A DNA stretch of 33,803 nt from Sphaeroforma arctica JP610 (lineage: Eukaryota). This document shows positions 1 through 11,530 of the stretch, one piece after another; the first letter of the stretch is position 1; every line of letters begins with the position of its first letter. A program made the position numbers and the translations under genes. A model generated the notes under the pieces. The model saw only the letters and a list, made by a program, of their open reading frames with translations, had not been told where the DNA came from and made no database searches. The stretch spans positions 1 to 33,803 of the forward strand of contig NW_014040444.1 of assembly GCF_001186125.1 (NCBI RefSeq), in the 5' to 3' direction.

Positions 1-74
<74 letters not shown>

Positions 75-490
75 ATATAGATAGATAGATACATCCACAT
101 TCATACATACATACTATGTATATATATATATATTTATATATTTATATACATATATACGTGTGTGTGTGTGTGTGTGTTTAATATTTAACATATATTTATT
201 TAATATATATATATGTGTGTGTGTGTGTAATTGTGTGTATAAATGTATGCATGTGTAGATTATGTACATACCATAATAATAAAAATTTATATATATATAT
301 ATATGACATATATTTATGTATTAGTTTTTTTATTTATATTTATATATGTATATATATCTACGTATATATACATGTATGTATGTATGTGTGTATGTGTGTA
401 TGTATGTATGCTTTTATATACGCATGCATATATTATTGACCTGTACCTATATAGGTATATATATTTATATATATATATATATATAATATG
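1..490. repeat. (TA)n/(TG)n/(TATG)n compound microsatellite, probably intronic in the EF-hand gene
   Basis: Directly visible TA, TG and TATG runs, followed by a pyrimidine tract and the acceptor tttttgtag ending at 610. Confidence 0.95.
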
Positions 491-610
491 TATGATTGGC
501 GTTGTACACTATTTGGATTGTCGTGCACGCCGTGAAGTCTCTCGCTTTTTGTAGCCTATTGATATTGCTGTCTTCTTTGCTGACTTTGACTCATTCTATT
601 CTTTTTGTAG

Positions 611-1632
611 GACTCGTTCAATAAATATGATTTCGATAAGAGCGGCGCGATCGATGTAGATGAGCTTACCAAACTGTTTGATGTAAGTTGCTGGTGGTGG
701 TGGTGGCCCGAAATGGATTCTTCTGTTGTGTGTTGTACTCTTCTACACTCAAAGTACACGTACGCAGATATCAATACAGTACATTCACCTTGCTACATGT
801 GTATTGTTCCACTTCTCCTTGCTGAATGTGTGTAGTAAGACATTGCCGGTTACACTACGAACGAATATGGGTTTCATGTCTGTTATTAATTTCGCAGGAA
901 CTCAATTGGGCGCATGACGAAAAATCGGTGAAAATAGCTCTAGCATCCATGGACGCCGACAACAGCGGCACTATTGAGTTTGACGAGTTTAAGAAATGGG
1001 CCGAGTTCGCCTATTCCTTCAGGATCCTCAAGCCTGCCAATCCGATTGCCACCGGCTCCCGTCTCAGTCTGGTAAACGAGTACGATACTGATGATGACGG
1101 CTCCTTGTCTGAGTGCTCCATCCCTGACTTCACCGAATTCAATTTGATGGGAGAGTACAGTGACAAATCACCCGAAGATGTGCGATTAATGGTGCTTAAG
1201 AACGCCTTTGATGCTATCGATACGGATAAAAGCGGTTCGATAGAAACTGGGGAGCTCGAGGCGTTATTCAAGGAGATCAATTGGAGGTATGACGCTGCCC
1301 ATCTGGAGGGAGCCATGCGAGCATTAGATAGTGACAACTCTGGGTCGATAGAGTGGGAGGAATTCAAGAAATGGAGTGATTTCGCCTACAATTACCGCGT
1401 GCTGGCGAAGCAATCCGTGGCCAGCAAAAATGCTTCAAATCAGGTATGAGTGTATGATTATCTTGAATATTTATTCTGATTCTACTCATCTCATTCTTCA
1501 GATTGTTATTTTCAGGTAATAGCCATGAGCAGAGTATTCGCATTCGCACTGATATCTGATTTCGTATTTATTTCGTAGTTTCTTCATATGAGTGAAATAG
1601 GAGAGGTCGACTCCGAACTCGAGGATGAATGA
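611..1632 (+). CDS. EF-hand calcium-binding protein, 5'-partial; exons 611-682, 898-1443 and probable last exon 1579-1632 (alternatively unspliced stop at 1449)
   Basis: Spliced translation gives four canonical 12-residue loops: DFDKSGAIDVDE, DADNSGTIEFDE, DTDKSGSIETGE, DSDNSGSIEWEE. Phase-0 intron 683-897 (gtaagt...cgcag). CAG|gtatga at 1444 and tttcgtag at 1578 would add FLHMSEIGEVDSELEDE*. No start codon identified in the window. Confidence 0.9.
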
Positions 1633-2051
1633 GACTGGAGAAGGTCGGAAGTGAAATATGCTTGCGTGTAGCGGTATCTTGTGAATAATAATAATAGTTT
1701 ATAAATATTGATATAAAATAAAGGAAGCTTAGACAGAATTATACTTCCACTATGGCGGAATTAATTCGAGAATGCACACTTAATTTAACCGCGTCAGTTC
1801 CAGCAGTGGTCTCACAGCATGAACAGTTTGAAGAATGCGTATTGTTTTAGTGGGGTCACTCATGCGCAGATGAGCGCTGCAACCACCACAAACCGAAAAA
1901 CTACTCCCATTGTTATCGCAGTATCGCAGAGTAAAGCGATATTGTTTCAGATATAACGTACAGTGCTGTACAAATACTGTGAACGTGCTTCTCGCCATAC
2001 TGTATGTGTAACTGCGTACACATGTGCATGTTGGATGTGTGCATAAGAATT

Positions 2052-2053
<2 letters not shown>

Positions 2054-2134
<81 letters not shown>

Positions 2135-2599
2135 TATGTATGTATATATTATGCATGAATGTANNNNNNNNNNNNNNNNNNNNNNNNNNNNNNNNNNNNN
2201 NNNNNNNNNNNNNNNNNNNNNNNNNNNNNNNNNNNNNNNNNNNNNNNNNNNNNNNNNNNNNNNNNNNNNNNNNNNNNNNNNNNNNNNNNNNNNNNNNNNN
2301 NNNNNNNNNNNNNNNNNNNNNNNNNNNNNNNNNNNNNNNNNNNNNNNNNNNNNNNNNNNNNNNNNNNNNNNNNNNNNNNNNNNNNNNNNNNNNNNNNNNN
2401 NNNNNNNNNNNNNNNNNNNNNNNNNNNNNNNNNNNNNNNNNNNNNNNNNNNNNNNNNNNNNNNNNNNNNNNNNNNNNNNNNNNNNNNNNNNNNNNNNNNN
2501 NNNNNNNNNNNNNNNNNNNNNNNNNNNNNNNNNNNNNNNNNNNNNNNNNNNNNNNNNNNNATATATACCAAGCGACCTAAGAACAATACACACACATAT

Positions 2600-2636
<37 letters not shown>

Positions 2637-2670
2637 TATATATGTATATATATAAATATATTTATATAAT
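2054..2670. repeat. TA/TG microsatellites flanking an assembly gap
   Basis: Visible dinucleotide runs on both sides of the N block. Confidence 0.9.
2164..2560. other. Assembly gap (run of N)
   Basis: 397 consecutive N; true length and content unknown. Confidence 1.
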
Positions 2671-2974
2671 TATACTTCTCTCATTCCAAACCCGGAGACA
2701 GTTGAGTCACTTGAGTCCCGGACACACGGTATTATTTATTTGATTTTATTTTGAAGAACAACACAATCCTAAATTGCAATCTGAGGAAAATTACTCTGGA
2801 TTCTTTTGGTATAAATACATTCGGATTTGTATTTACCTCGTCATAAATATCGATTCGATTTATCAATGCGGTGACTCGCAGAAAGTGTAGTGTACCGTCT
2901 AGGTGGGAAAATACAAAGGACATGGCAGGGAAGATTGGTTCTACTCTGTTTACATATAAATAAACTCATTGAAT

Positions 2975-5303
2975 ATGGAGGGACCTGCGAATGTGGACAC
3001 TGTCCGCAAATGGTCTCAAGAAATTGACCGCATGATCAATTCTAGCATTGACGAAGGCCGTGTGCAGGCTATTCTCAATGGTTTATTAAAGGGCTCTTTG
3101 TCATATACTATACTCAAGGTAACTAAGTTACGCGCGAATGGTAGTTGTTTTGGTGTGCCAGTGTTCCGGTGTATGTATCGCACTACTGATATGGCTTATA
3201 AGCACACATAGTCTACAGTCTTATAATATATGCAAAGTTATTACATGTACAGTATCAACCTGTAGAATCTCTTCCGATTCCCCACTTCCACAATTCACAC
3301 CTGTTTTACTGTTTTGTATAATGTTTAACTAGGATTCCGATATAGGTAGGAAAGTGAATATGCTGCGACGCGAGCATCTGGAGTCCTTTCCGGAGCTCAA
3401 GCAAGGTGCCCGAGAGTTGATAAAGCTATTCAAGAACATCATGGCCCAAGGCAAAAGCGCGAGTGCAGCCGCAACCGCAAAGGCAAAGCAGCCAGTACCA
3501 CCCAGTAGTCTCACCATGATCTGTAAAAAGACTGGAACATCGAGTGGCAAGACTGACAAAGGTTCTGTATCTATACCAGTGAATAACAGCAATAGTAAGC
3601 AAATCAATCAACCCACTAGTGTCAATAGCGTGCCCAAAATGAAACTCAAGATCGCCATCAAGTCGCCACCTACGTCGACATCGAATACGCAGGTAAGACC
3701 TCTGGTTGTTGAAAATAAACAGGACACCATACAGATTGTATCATACCCAAAGGTGAAATCTACACAGGGTATGAACCCGTCGAGATCACCCGCAGTGAAT
3801 GCCACATCGTCTCACGCTGAGGGGAAATCTCAGGGCCACGGCCATGGCGACAGTACTCGATCCGGGGTAGTGGATCATCAAAGAAGGAATGGCTCGAAAG
3901 GTATACAAAGCTCAGATGTGAATGAAGGTTTGATATATTATAAAAGCGCCTGTCAGTTGTCTCTGTTCTTCTGTGTTTGGAATGAAGGGCATGCAAAAAA
4001 AAACGCATGTTAGAAGCGAAGTATAAGCACATGTTTATTCATATATTGATGTTTTTTGTGCGTTTGAAGGCATCGCAAGCAACCAGCATCGATTCTGACT
4101 CGGCTTACTTCCTATTACTATTTCTCTTCCCACTGTTTTGTGGAAGTAGATGTACAACGTAAAAGGCAACCCGATCCCAAATCCTCGGGCGAGCTTGACC
4201 TCTTCACACGCAAAAAGGCCCCTCGTATTCAACTGAAGTCTGCACATAAGGACGGGTATTCTGCCGGACACAGGACTCCTCTGAGCAACACATCTCAACA
4301 GCACCGGTCACCACAACCACACGCACGGTCACCGCAACCGCACGCTCGATCTCCGCAACCACCACCAAAGTCACCCCAGAAACTATCAAGGTCACCACAT
4401 CCGACATTTAGGTCGCCACGACCAACAGTAAAGTCACCAAATCCGACATCCCGGTCGCCACATCCAACTTCAAGGTCGCCACATCCGACGTCACGGTCGC
4501 CACAAAAGCAGTCGCAGGTACAACGACAGCCGTTAAGGTCTCCGCAACCACCACCGAAACCTTCACAACCTCAGCCACGGCTGCCACAACCTCAACTGGG
4601 AGGAGGAAGGGATAGGCTACAGATCAACCGCCCCCCAACATCACAACACCCGCAGAAACGGGAAGCTAGCGAAGCACCCCTGGAATCGCAGCCTGTACTG
4701 AAGAAACCCCAGATTGCCAAGGCAAAACCGGCGCCTTTGTTCAATTCGGGAAGTAAGCATGTGAACCAGCGTGTGCGGCGAGAGAATGCCGAAGATGAGG
4801 CACGGAGGCGGCAGGCTCAGCAGCGGAAGGTTGACGCGGCCAAGAATTCTGACCGCTTCTACAATGAATACCAGCACACAGAAACTGAAAAGTTGGAACA
4901 AGAAAGAATCAAACAACTCAAACTCAATCCTCCACCGGATATGGAGACGAAGCAGGAGATAAAGACTACAGGAAATGTTAGCGCAGAAGTGCAAGACGCC
5001 ACTGTGCGGGCTTCGACACCCGCTGGCCCGCAAAAGCCGCCTAAACCTTCTCCAGAAGATCTTCTGCCGAAGCTACGCATCCCCGAACGACACCCGGCGA
5101 ACGCCCGATTGGCAAACCCAAAGAATTTAGTAAGCACCGTTCACGCCGCATACAATGTGAATCGGCGATGGAAGGGTGTGGATGGAGACGTAGGCTCAGA
5201 TGGAACTTGGAGAAAATACAGTCAGACACAGGCAATATCGGTAGCTCCCGGACACCATATGGTAGTTGCGCCATATTCAACACCATTCTCTAGAGAACGG
5301 TGA
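2975..5303 (+). CDS. MED26: MED26-like Mediator subunit (TFIIS-N/LW domain, long low-complexity middle, MED26-type C-terminal motif); exons 2975-3118, 3333-3927, 4150-5303; ~630 aa
   Basis: Introns 3119-3332 (phase 0) and 3928-4149 (phase 1) join three ORF-track pieces in frame. N-terminus ...LLKGSLSYTILK|DSDIGRKVNMLRR...ELKQGARELIKLFK matches the TFIIS N-terminal helical bundle pattern. C-terminus WKGVDGDVGSDGTWRKYSQTQAISV...MVVAPY resembles the animal MED26 tail as I recall it (WPGVNG..D..G.WYDWTQ.IS...ILPY). Confidence 0.8.
4305..4598 (+). repeat. Coding 21-bp/7-aa tandem repeat, consensus (R/K)SP(Q/H)Pxx
   Basis: RSPQPHA RSPQPHA RSPQPPP KSPQKLS RSPHPTF RSPRPTV KSPNPTS RSPHPTS RSPHPTS RSPQKQS (4305-4514), then QVQRQPL RSPQPPP KPSQPQP RLPQPQL in the same register. 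Confidence 0.95.
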
Positions 5304-5342
5304 CAGGAGGAGCCATGACAGTCGCAATATAAACTAGCAGCC

Positions 5343-5348
5343 AATAAA
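5343..5348 (+). promoter_or_regulatory. Candidate polyadenylation signal (AATAAA) of the MED26-like gene
   Basis: AATAAA about 40 nt after the TGA at 5303. Confidence 0.4.
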
Positions 5349-5418
5349 AACTAATAGCAGCCATTAGAGGTCGTTAGTATTATAAGAACCTGTACTGCTC
5401 GATGTTGGTTTTCATTTG

Positions 5419-5424
5419 TTTATT
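5419..5424 (-). promoter_or_regulatory. Candidate polyadenylation signal (AATAAA on minus strand) of the AFG1-like gene
   Basis: tttatt on the plus strand, about 45 nt beyond the minus-strand stop at 5470. Confidence 0.4.
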
Positions 5425-5469
5425 ATCGTTACCAATTGATCATTCTAAAGTAAAAGGCTTAATTACTAT

Positions 5470-8469
5470 TCAGGATGCTAATTTAGTGCCCTGACACCAC
5501 GTCGTTTGCCAATATTGTTCGGACTGCATCTCGATTAATCTTGAAATGCATCTTTCTGCGGCGAACTTCTCGTCCCCGCCGGTAAAAACGCTGGCTGTGG
5601 CATTATCCTGATTATTCGAAAGCGGTCGGGAAAGTGCATTCAGTGGCTGATAGATTCACTTCCACAACAATTACACCTAGCCACACAAGATGTATTACGA
5701 GCATAAGCTCACTTATCGTTCAATAGCACCGTTGGCTTAACCAAACTACTGGAACTGGCCGACAAAGATACGGATGAATGTAATTGTGATGCAAGAAATA
5801 GGATTAATTCATACCGTCCCTATTCCAAGGTCATCCATAAGTCCTCTGTTAGCCTCTCTTTGCTGCCATGACAGTTCTCCGTCCAGTTGGAATAGATGTC
5901 TGGGATCTTCACGAGCTGAGCAGGCAAATTTGCACTGTACAGAAAATATATGAGCGGATATGAATTCGCATGTATTTGCATAAGGCTATACTGAATTATC
6001 TAGTCTCACCCCCAGGCAGAAAGGCGAACGTAAATGTGGTTCAACACCGACACTCAGCGTCATGATCGACTTTCTACTGTACTTACCTTGCTATCGTATA
6101 TGGTATCGATGAGAGTAATAAAGCGCCGAGCCTCTATTTTCTGAGCCAGTGTCATGACGGGTACGTCCTCTACGAAGATGGTCTCATATTGACGGCATAT
6201 TTCCAGGTAATCAGCAGCGCTGTGTTCCTGTTAAAAGCCGATAGACGAATTGAGAGATTTCTTGTCAGAATCTCAAAGAAAAATACTCAAGAACAGGCCG
6301 ACAGTGGAACTATAAAGACAGCTAGCAAATATTGAGGAAGGTTTCTTCTCAATGCTAGCCGAAACACAATATTCTCACCTTCTTGCAAATTTCTGAGAAC
6401 GTAAAGTAGCAGGCATTGCCCACCGACCTGGGAACGCGTACAGGTCGACCATACACCGTCAGCTCCACAGCCTCAGACTCTGCATTTGGTTTATCGGTAA
6501 ATATACTGACTACAGAAAAAATCCTTCTTGGCAGCGACTCAATCTCACGGAGTGCTCGCGAATTCTGGAAAAATGAAATCATGAAAACTGTAATACAGAC
6601 TACACACACCTTGCGTCGACGATCCCGCAAGCTTTATGAAGAGCTTCTCCAGCTCCATCGGGTCGCTGCATTGGTAAGCCATCAGAATAAAAAACAAAAA
6701 TAGAATACATTATGATGATGTAACGAAGCCATTATTGTCGCAAGCATTGTTGCGTGAAGCATGTTGAAGTGATACACACCTCACGTATGTATTAGCTTGT
6801 GACTTCTCTGCTTTCCTGTAATCTAGACCAGAGTTCAACGAGTACACTTTGCATCTTTCCTTCAAGACTTCGATAAACGGTAGGAACCCAGCCCTTTGTA
6901 GCCCACCCAGGTATAGCTCTGAAATGTACAATCAAGTTCACCGGTATGAGATAACACGGTCGAATACAATTTGTTATTTCATAGCTGTGCCATTTGCCGC
7001 GAAACGCACAATGAGCTCCTATTCTTAATCATACTTCCAAAGTCAAAGTACAAATCAGCACGCCAGGGGAATGTGCGAACGTAAAATTGAACGATATAAA
7101 ATTCGATATATTCATACATGCATGTAGAAAGAAAATCAAATGACTTCGGAATTATCAATCATGATCAGAAAAAGGACATTCTACGTTCAATAAAATGTGA
7201 AGTTATGTATACCATCGGGGTGGCGATTAGACGTTGCTACAACCACAACTCCATTCTTAAACAAATGAGTGAAGAGCCTTTTCAGTATCATGGCATCGAC
7301 AATGTCATGGACCTGTAGAGTAGAGAATTTGAAGCATGAAAAGAACGCGCGACAGTCTATATACGAAAATATACTGTTTGCCAGCTTTAAATTTGAAACA
7401 CTCGGCCAACTTGGAGTACCTGCATCTCGTCGAAGCACAACAACCATGTGTCTCTGCCTATGGCCTCAGCAATCGGAGGTATAGGATCGAATGAAGTTTT
7501 GTTTTCACCATTGCTTTTCCATTTATGTACCCCTGCAGATTTTTGACAAGATCGTAGTGAGTGCCTGATACGACACTTGTCATTAATTGTCGAAAAGGTC
7601 ACTTCAGGATGCAAAACAAAGCTACGAAATAGCCGCGCGAGTCTCCAACTTACTTAAATGGAATTCCTGCATAAATGCGTGGAAGTGTATCCGCCTCTTC
7701 TTCTGCACCGGCACTTGATCATAAAAAAGATCCATAAGCATGGTCTTCCCTGTTCCAACGCTACCAAACAGATACAATCCTTTGGGCGCCGTCACTTCTG
7801 GCTCTGATTTGCCCATCCCGAACATCTGACGTGGGAACAGGTAGGCATCGTATTTGATCGCTATTAGACTATGCTCTTAAAAAAAAATTACTTCCACGTT
7901 AGTGAGAGACACAACATTTGCCCTACCAACAAAGAAAACACTCGCTACGTAAAAACACAAATAGCGTGAAGAATTCATTTCAGGATACATTACCGATAGC
8001 AAACCAGTGGGAGGTTCGGGTGTCGAAGTTGGTTCATAATTCAGAACAGTGTGGTATAATTCATCTAGATGGCTGACGATTTTGCGCTGATATTCATCTC
8101 CGTTGAGTTGAGAGCTCCTCACCATACTATCATACCGTTGCAGTGGCGTTTCGTTTGAAGCTAGCACGGAAGCGATGTGTAGGAGTTGCGTAAATTCATA
8201 GGTAAATTATCGCAGCTTTACATAAATGATATGATACACCCGAATGAGCAATATCGGTTTATATCTGACATACTTGAGTAGAAGCGACTCCTAGGAGAAC
8301 AGTCCACCCGATCAGTTAGCCTTGGCGGTATTACAAACCTAATTGAAAAGATTAATAAATGAGAGGCCTTCTTTGCAAAATATTATTTCTTAAACAATTA
8401 CGCCAACTTGCCCAAGTGAACGATGGTCCTTTCAAAATGCTTAATCATTGGTACTGATCCTGCGTGCAT
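5470..8469 (-). CDS. AFG1: AFG1/LACE1 (AFG1L, ZapE-like) mitochondrial AAA+ ATPase; exons 8469-8402, 8338-8274, 8160-7994, 7825-7654, 7532-7420, 7312-7213, 6918-6780, 6665-6610, 6479-6379, 6227-6087, 5934-5815, 5607-5470; ~459 aa
   Basis: Family motifs [22 protein letters not shown] (Walker A), [26 protein letters not shown] (Walker B), [59 protein letters not shown]. All introns GT-AG with compatible phases. The first two exons (ending SRFYS, resembling a mitochondrial presequence cleavage context) are less certain. Confidence 0.95.
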
Positions 8470-9149
8470 GCAAAGAGGAAGAAATATAAATGTGAAGTAA
8501 ACATGGTTGAGTCCTCCGGACCGTTCTAGCATTTATCTACTGGCGACGACATACCTCCCATTGTGTAGTGGAGCATATTTCCTGGACAATAGGGCCCGTT
8601 GCAGTGCGCCTGTTCCCGCTAAACTGTGTAGCCCATTGAAGTGCTTCATATCCACAGTCCGATCGAATGCGATAAGAGAACTAAATATACAGCACTGTGA
8701 TACTCTACGCCACTTGGTACGTAAATATAATAAAATATGCGCCTAAATACCCGGACCGGCACACATATTTTCAAATTTTGATTTATGAGCTCTTTTATAT
8801 ATATTTATATATTTATACGTGGATGTGAATAGTTTTATTTGATTTTTGGAAAAGACCATTCGACAACACTATTTCCATAAAAATCAATACATATATCTCA
8901 TATATATATCACGTGAAAGGTGCTCTCTGTATGATTTCTATCTGTTTGCCAAACTGCCTTTCTGCCAGAGTTTGGATTTTGGAAATATAATGGGAGTATC
9001 GATTTTTGTCTGCCTCTATTTTAAGCAGTCAATCTTTCCTGAACCACTACAGCGACTATGAGAGCCATACCATATGTTCATACATTGTATCAGACATACT
9101 TGCCATTTTTGAAATAAATAATATTATCTCTATATGGCCATATATATAT

Positions 9150-9530
9150 ATATATGAAATTTTAAACTAAAGAATATGTCTATCTTTACTACTGTCTATA
9201 TTTACGCCGAAGTCAAACACTTCTCCAGTCGAATGCTTTCTTCCGCATACATTGTAAAAATAGAATCGGATTGTTGTAGAATCAATATTTATACTTAGTT
9301 CGTACCGTTAACAATTCCTATAGATATACTTTCTTATATAGCTGATATATGAAATCCTAAACTTTCAAATATATGTCTACCTTTACTGCTGTCTATATTT
9401 ACGACGAAGTATAACACTTCTTCAGTTGGATGCTTTCTTCCGCAGACGTAAGACTAAAAATCACATTGTTGTAGAATCAAAATTAATACTAGTTCATACC
9501 GTTATCAATTTCAATACGTATACATATCTT
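9150..9530. repeat. Diverged tandem duplication, unit ~197 bp
   Basis: Blocks atatgtcta.ctttact.ctgtctatatttacg.cgaagt, atgctttcttccgca and ttgttgtagaatcaa each occur twice ~195 bp apart. Confidence 0.85.
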
Positions 9531-10559
9531 CTTGAACGCATGTTGTTCCAGTGAGATGTCATATAATCACATGTTAGACAGAGTGTGATTTGGTTAATTA
9601 GTTCACCGAATAGAAACTAATTTTATAACCTTCATAAGTGTTCGACATCTTGTTATGTAATCTAATATTTAAACAAGGAGATTAAATAACAAGAATCTAT
9701 TTTTCCAATTTCACTGATATGTAGAAACATATTTCTTTAGACATTTCATTTTCTTAGTCTTGGACCAACATTGGGTACTTCTTTCGCTTCTCACACAACA
9801 TCAGGTAAGGCACCATGTCGTAATGCGCTCAAGCAACAAGTTTCTGATTCTGAGAAGGTGTGTGCCCTGTATTCACCAAAAGGTTGCAGCTTTAGATCAA
9901 CCACGAAAAAGTATATTGGGACTTTGACACCAGTGTTGTCATTAATACGAAAGAGTAAAATAAAACACATATTTATGTATATGTTATTCAACAAAATACG
10001 TCTATGGTTGTTGACTGAGCCTTAGAGCCTTATCAGATAGAAACAACGCAAGATATGATTATCACAAAACCAGCTGAGACAACATTGTTTTATATACGCT
10101 AAGTATCATGCATGCGGGAGTACAATGACAAGAAATAAAAAAACTATATTATAACATACTATTACGCTGCATTGTAAAACAAATCAAAATGAAAAGAAGA
10201 ATGTGACGTTACGCCTCACTAGTCATTACTATAGCATTGTAATGCTACGCTGCATCGTTGTAAAATATAATAAAGTTGGCACGAGAAAAAGGCGCTATGC
10301 GTCGCTAGACATCAGTGCTGGTCGTTGGTGACAAGTATTTATATCTATATGCCTATGGGGTACAGACACAGAGATCCCTGTTAATTCTAACTTAGAGGCG
10401 AGTAACCCTGAGGACACGGCGTATTTAACTTGGGTCAGCTACATGCCTTGTTCAGTGTATACTGAATATATTTCATATCCGTAGTCAGGGTTTGTGTTTT
10501 ATGCTTGTAGCTTGTACGTAGGACAAGGGGTTTACTATGTATCTCACGTATTGGAGACA

Positions 10560-11530
10560 CAGGTATAAAGGCAATTACTACTTTGTAGAACTTACTTTAG
10601 TGGCTCGCTAGCTACCCCTTGAAGATGGCGCCCGAAATGCTCCCAATATCTGGGGTTCGCACTCTCTCACAGAATATCAGGGATCAACTTCACCAGACAA
10701 ATAGAATCCCTGGTTGCAGCTTTTTCCCTGGGTATCGCCTCTTTTTGCACCTATGACTTCCATGGCTTCCGCTGGCGACATCCCCGCAACCGACTAGTGC
10801 TGTTCAAAACATTCATCTTATCAACGGTTACATATGGCCTGAACATCATTTGAGCGCTATAACTCAGCGCTCAACCAAGCAGCAGTCATCATCACAGACA
10901 CTAAGTAGCCTAGGTTTCCCAAACATCAAACAAACTTACTCCAAAAAAATTTTGGCCTGCTCCCCGCGCGACCATTCGTGGACTACCTTAGAAGTTGTTC
11001 GGGAATACAACTCGACTCAATGGCCAGCACAAATTCACTCACCTCTCGGACGCAACCCGCAGTATCTCTATGCTTACCTGAAAACTGTACACAAAATCAC
11101 GAGTGGGCGTACACCCGACCATGTAGCCGTCCGCCAACACTGTGACGACATTAGGAAGAACTCAACAAACGCTGATCCAACAAAGAGATCGCGACAAATC
11201 ACGAGTGGGCGTACACCCGACCATGTAGCCGTCTGCCAACACTGTGACGACATTAGGAAGAACTCAACAAACGCTGATCCAACAAGGAGATCGCGACAAT
11301 GGACCGGTGCCGATAATACTACCAACTGGTTATGGGTAAACCCCCAACCTCAAACCGAGACAAGGCCAGACACGACAGTTTCAATCGCTGCTTCAAGCCT
11401 ACACGGATTCAGCTCTGTGCTATGATCGATGGTGTCAGTTTCTTGTCAGCGCCGACCCGAATTGACCCAGCGCATATCCTCCATCGTCGACTCACTTGGC
11501 TCAAGCTTCAAATGGGAATTTACTGACCAC
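10560..11530 (+). mobile_element. Degenerate non-LTR retrotransposon (LINE) fragment: RT C-terminal/thumb and downstream region (copy A)
   Basis: QYLG near 10645; FHGFRWRHPRNRLVLFKTFILSTVTYGLNII (~10760-10850) is homologous to FHGFS*RHLRNWLEIL*TFNLSTATYDLNII on the minus strand at ~23245-23335; NRDKARHDSF...IQLCAMI (~11353) matches NRDKPSHKCF...IRLCTMI at ~22735-22810. Confidence 0.8.
11094..11299. repeat. Near-perfect 102-bp tandem duplication inside LINE copy A
   Basis: aaatcacgagtgggcgtacacccg...gagatcgcgac repeated at 11094 and 11196 with two substitutions. Confidence 0.97.

Noticed and set aside
215..554. ORFs rich in Y/I/C/V
   Set aside because: Translations of TA/TG microsatellites.
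826..897. N-terminus MCVVRHCRL... of the 207-aa ORF
   Set aside because: Intronic; the exon starts at 898 after ttcgcag and splices to an upstream EF-hand exon.
2004..2743. Long ORFs spanning the N run
   Set aside because: Artefacts of the assembly gap and microsatellites.
3354..5303. Two separate genes (219 aa and 387 aa), or RPB1/extensin for the SP repeats
   Set aside because: They splice in frame into one gene; there are no polymerase domains, YSPTSPS units or signal peptide.
7622..7825. Bacterial zapE or a contaminant
   Set aside because: Gene has 11 spliceosomal introns and a likely mitochondrial presequence.
9720..10030. Short ORFs that might be a transposon or gene remnant
   Set aside because: No motif I could recognise in any frame.
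10850..11425. 191-aa ORF with an internal 34-aa repeat as a novel gene
   Set aside because: Lies within LINE copy A; length is inflated by the in-frame 102-bp duplication.
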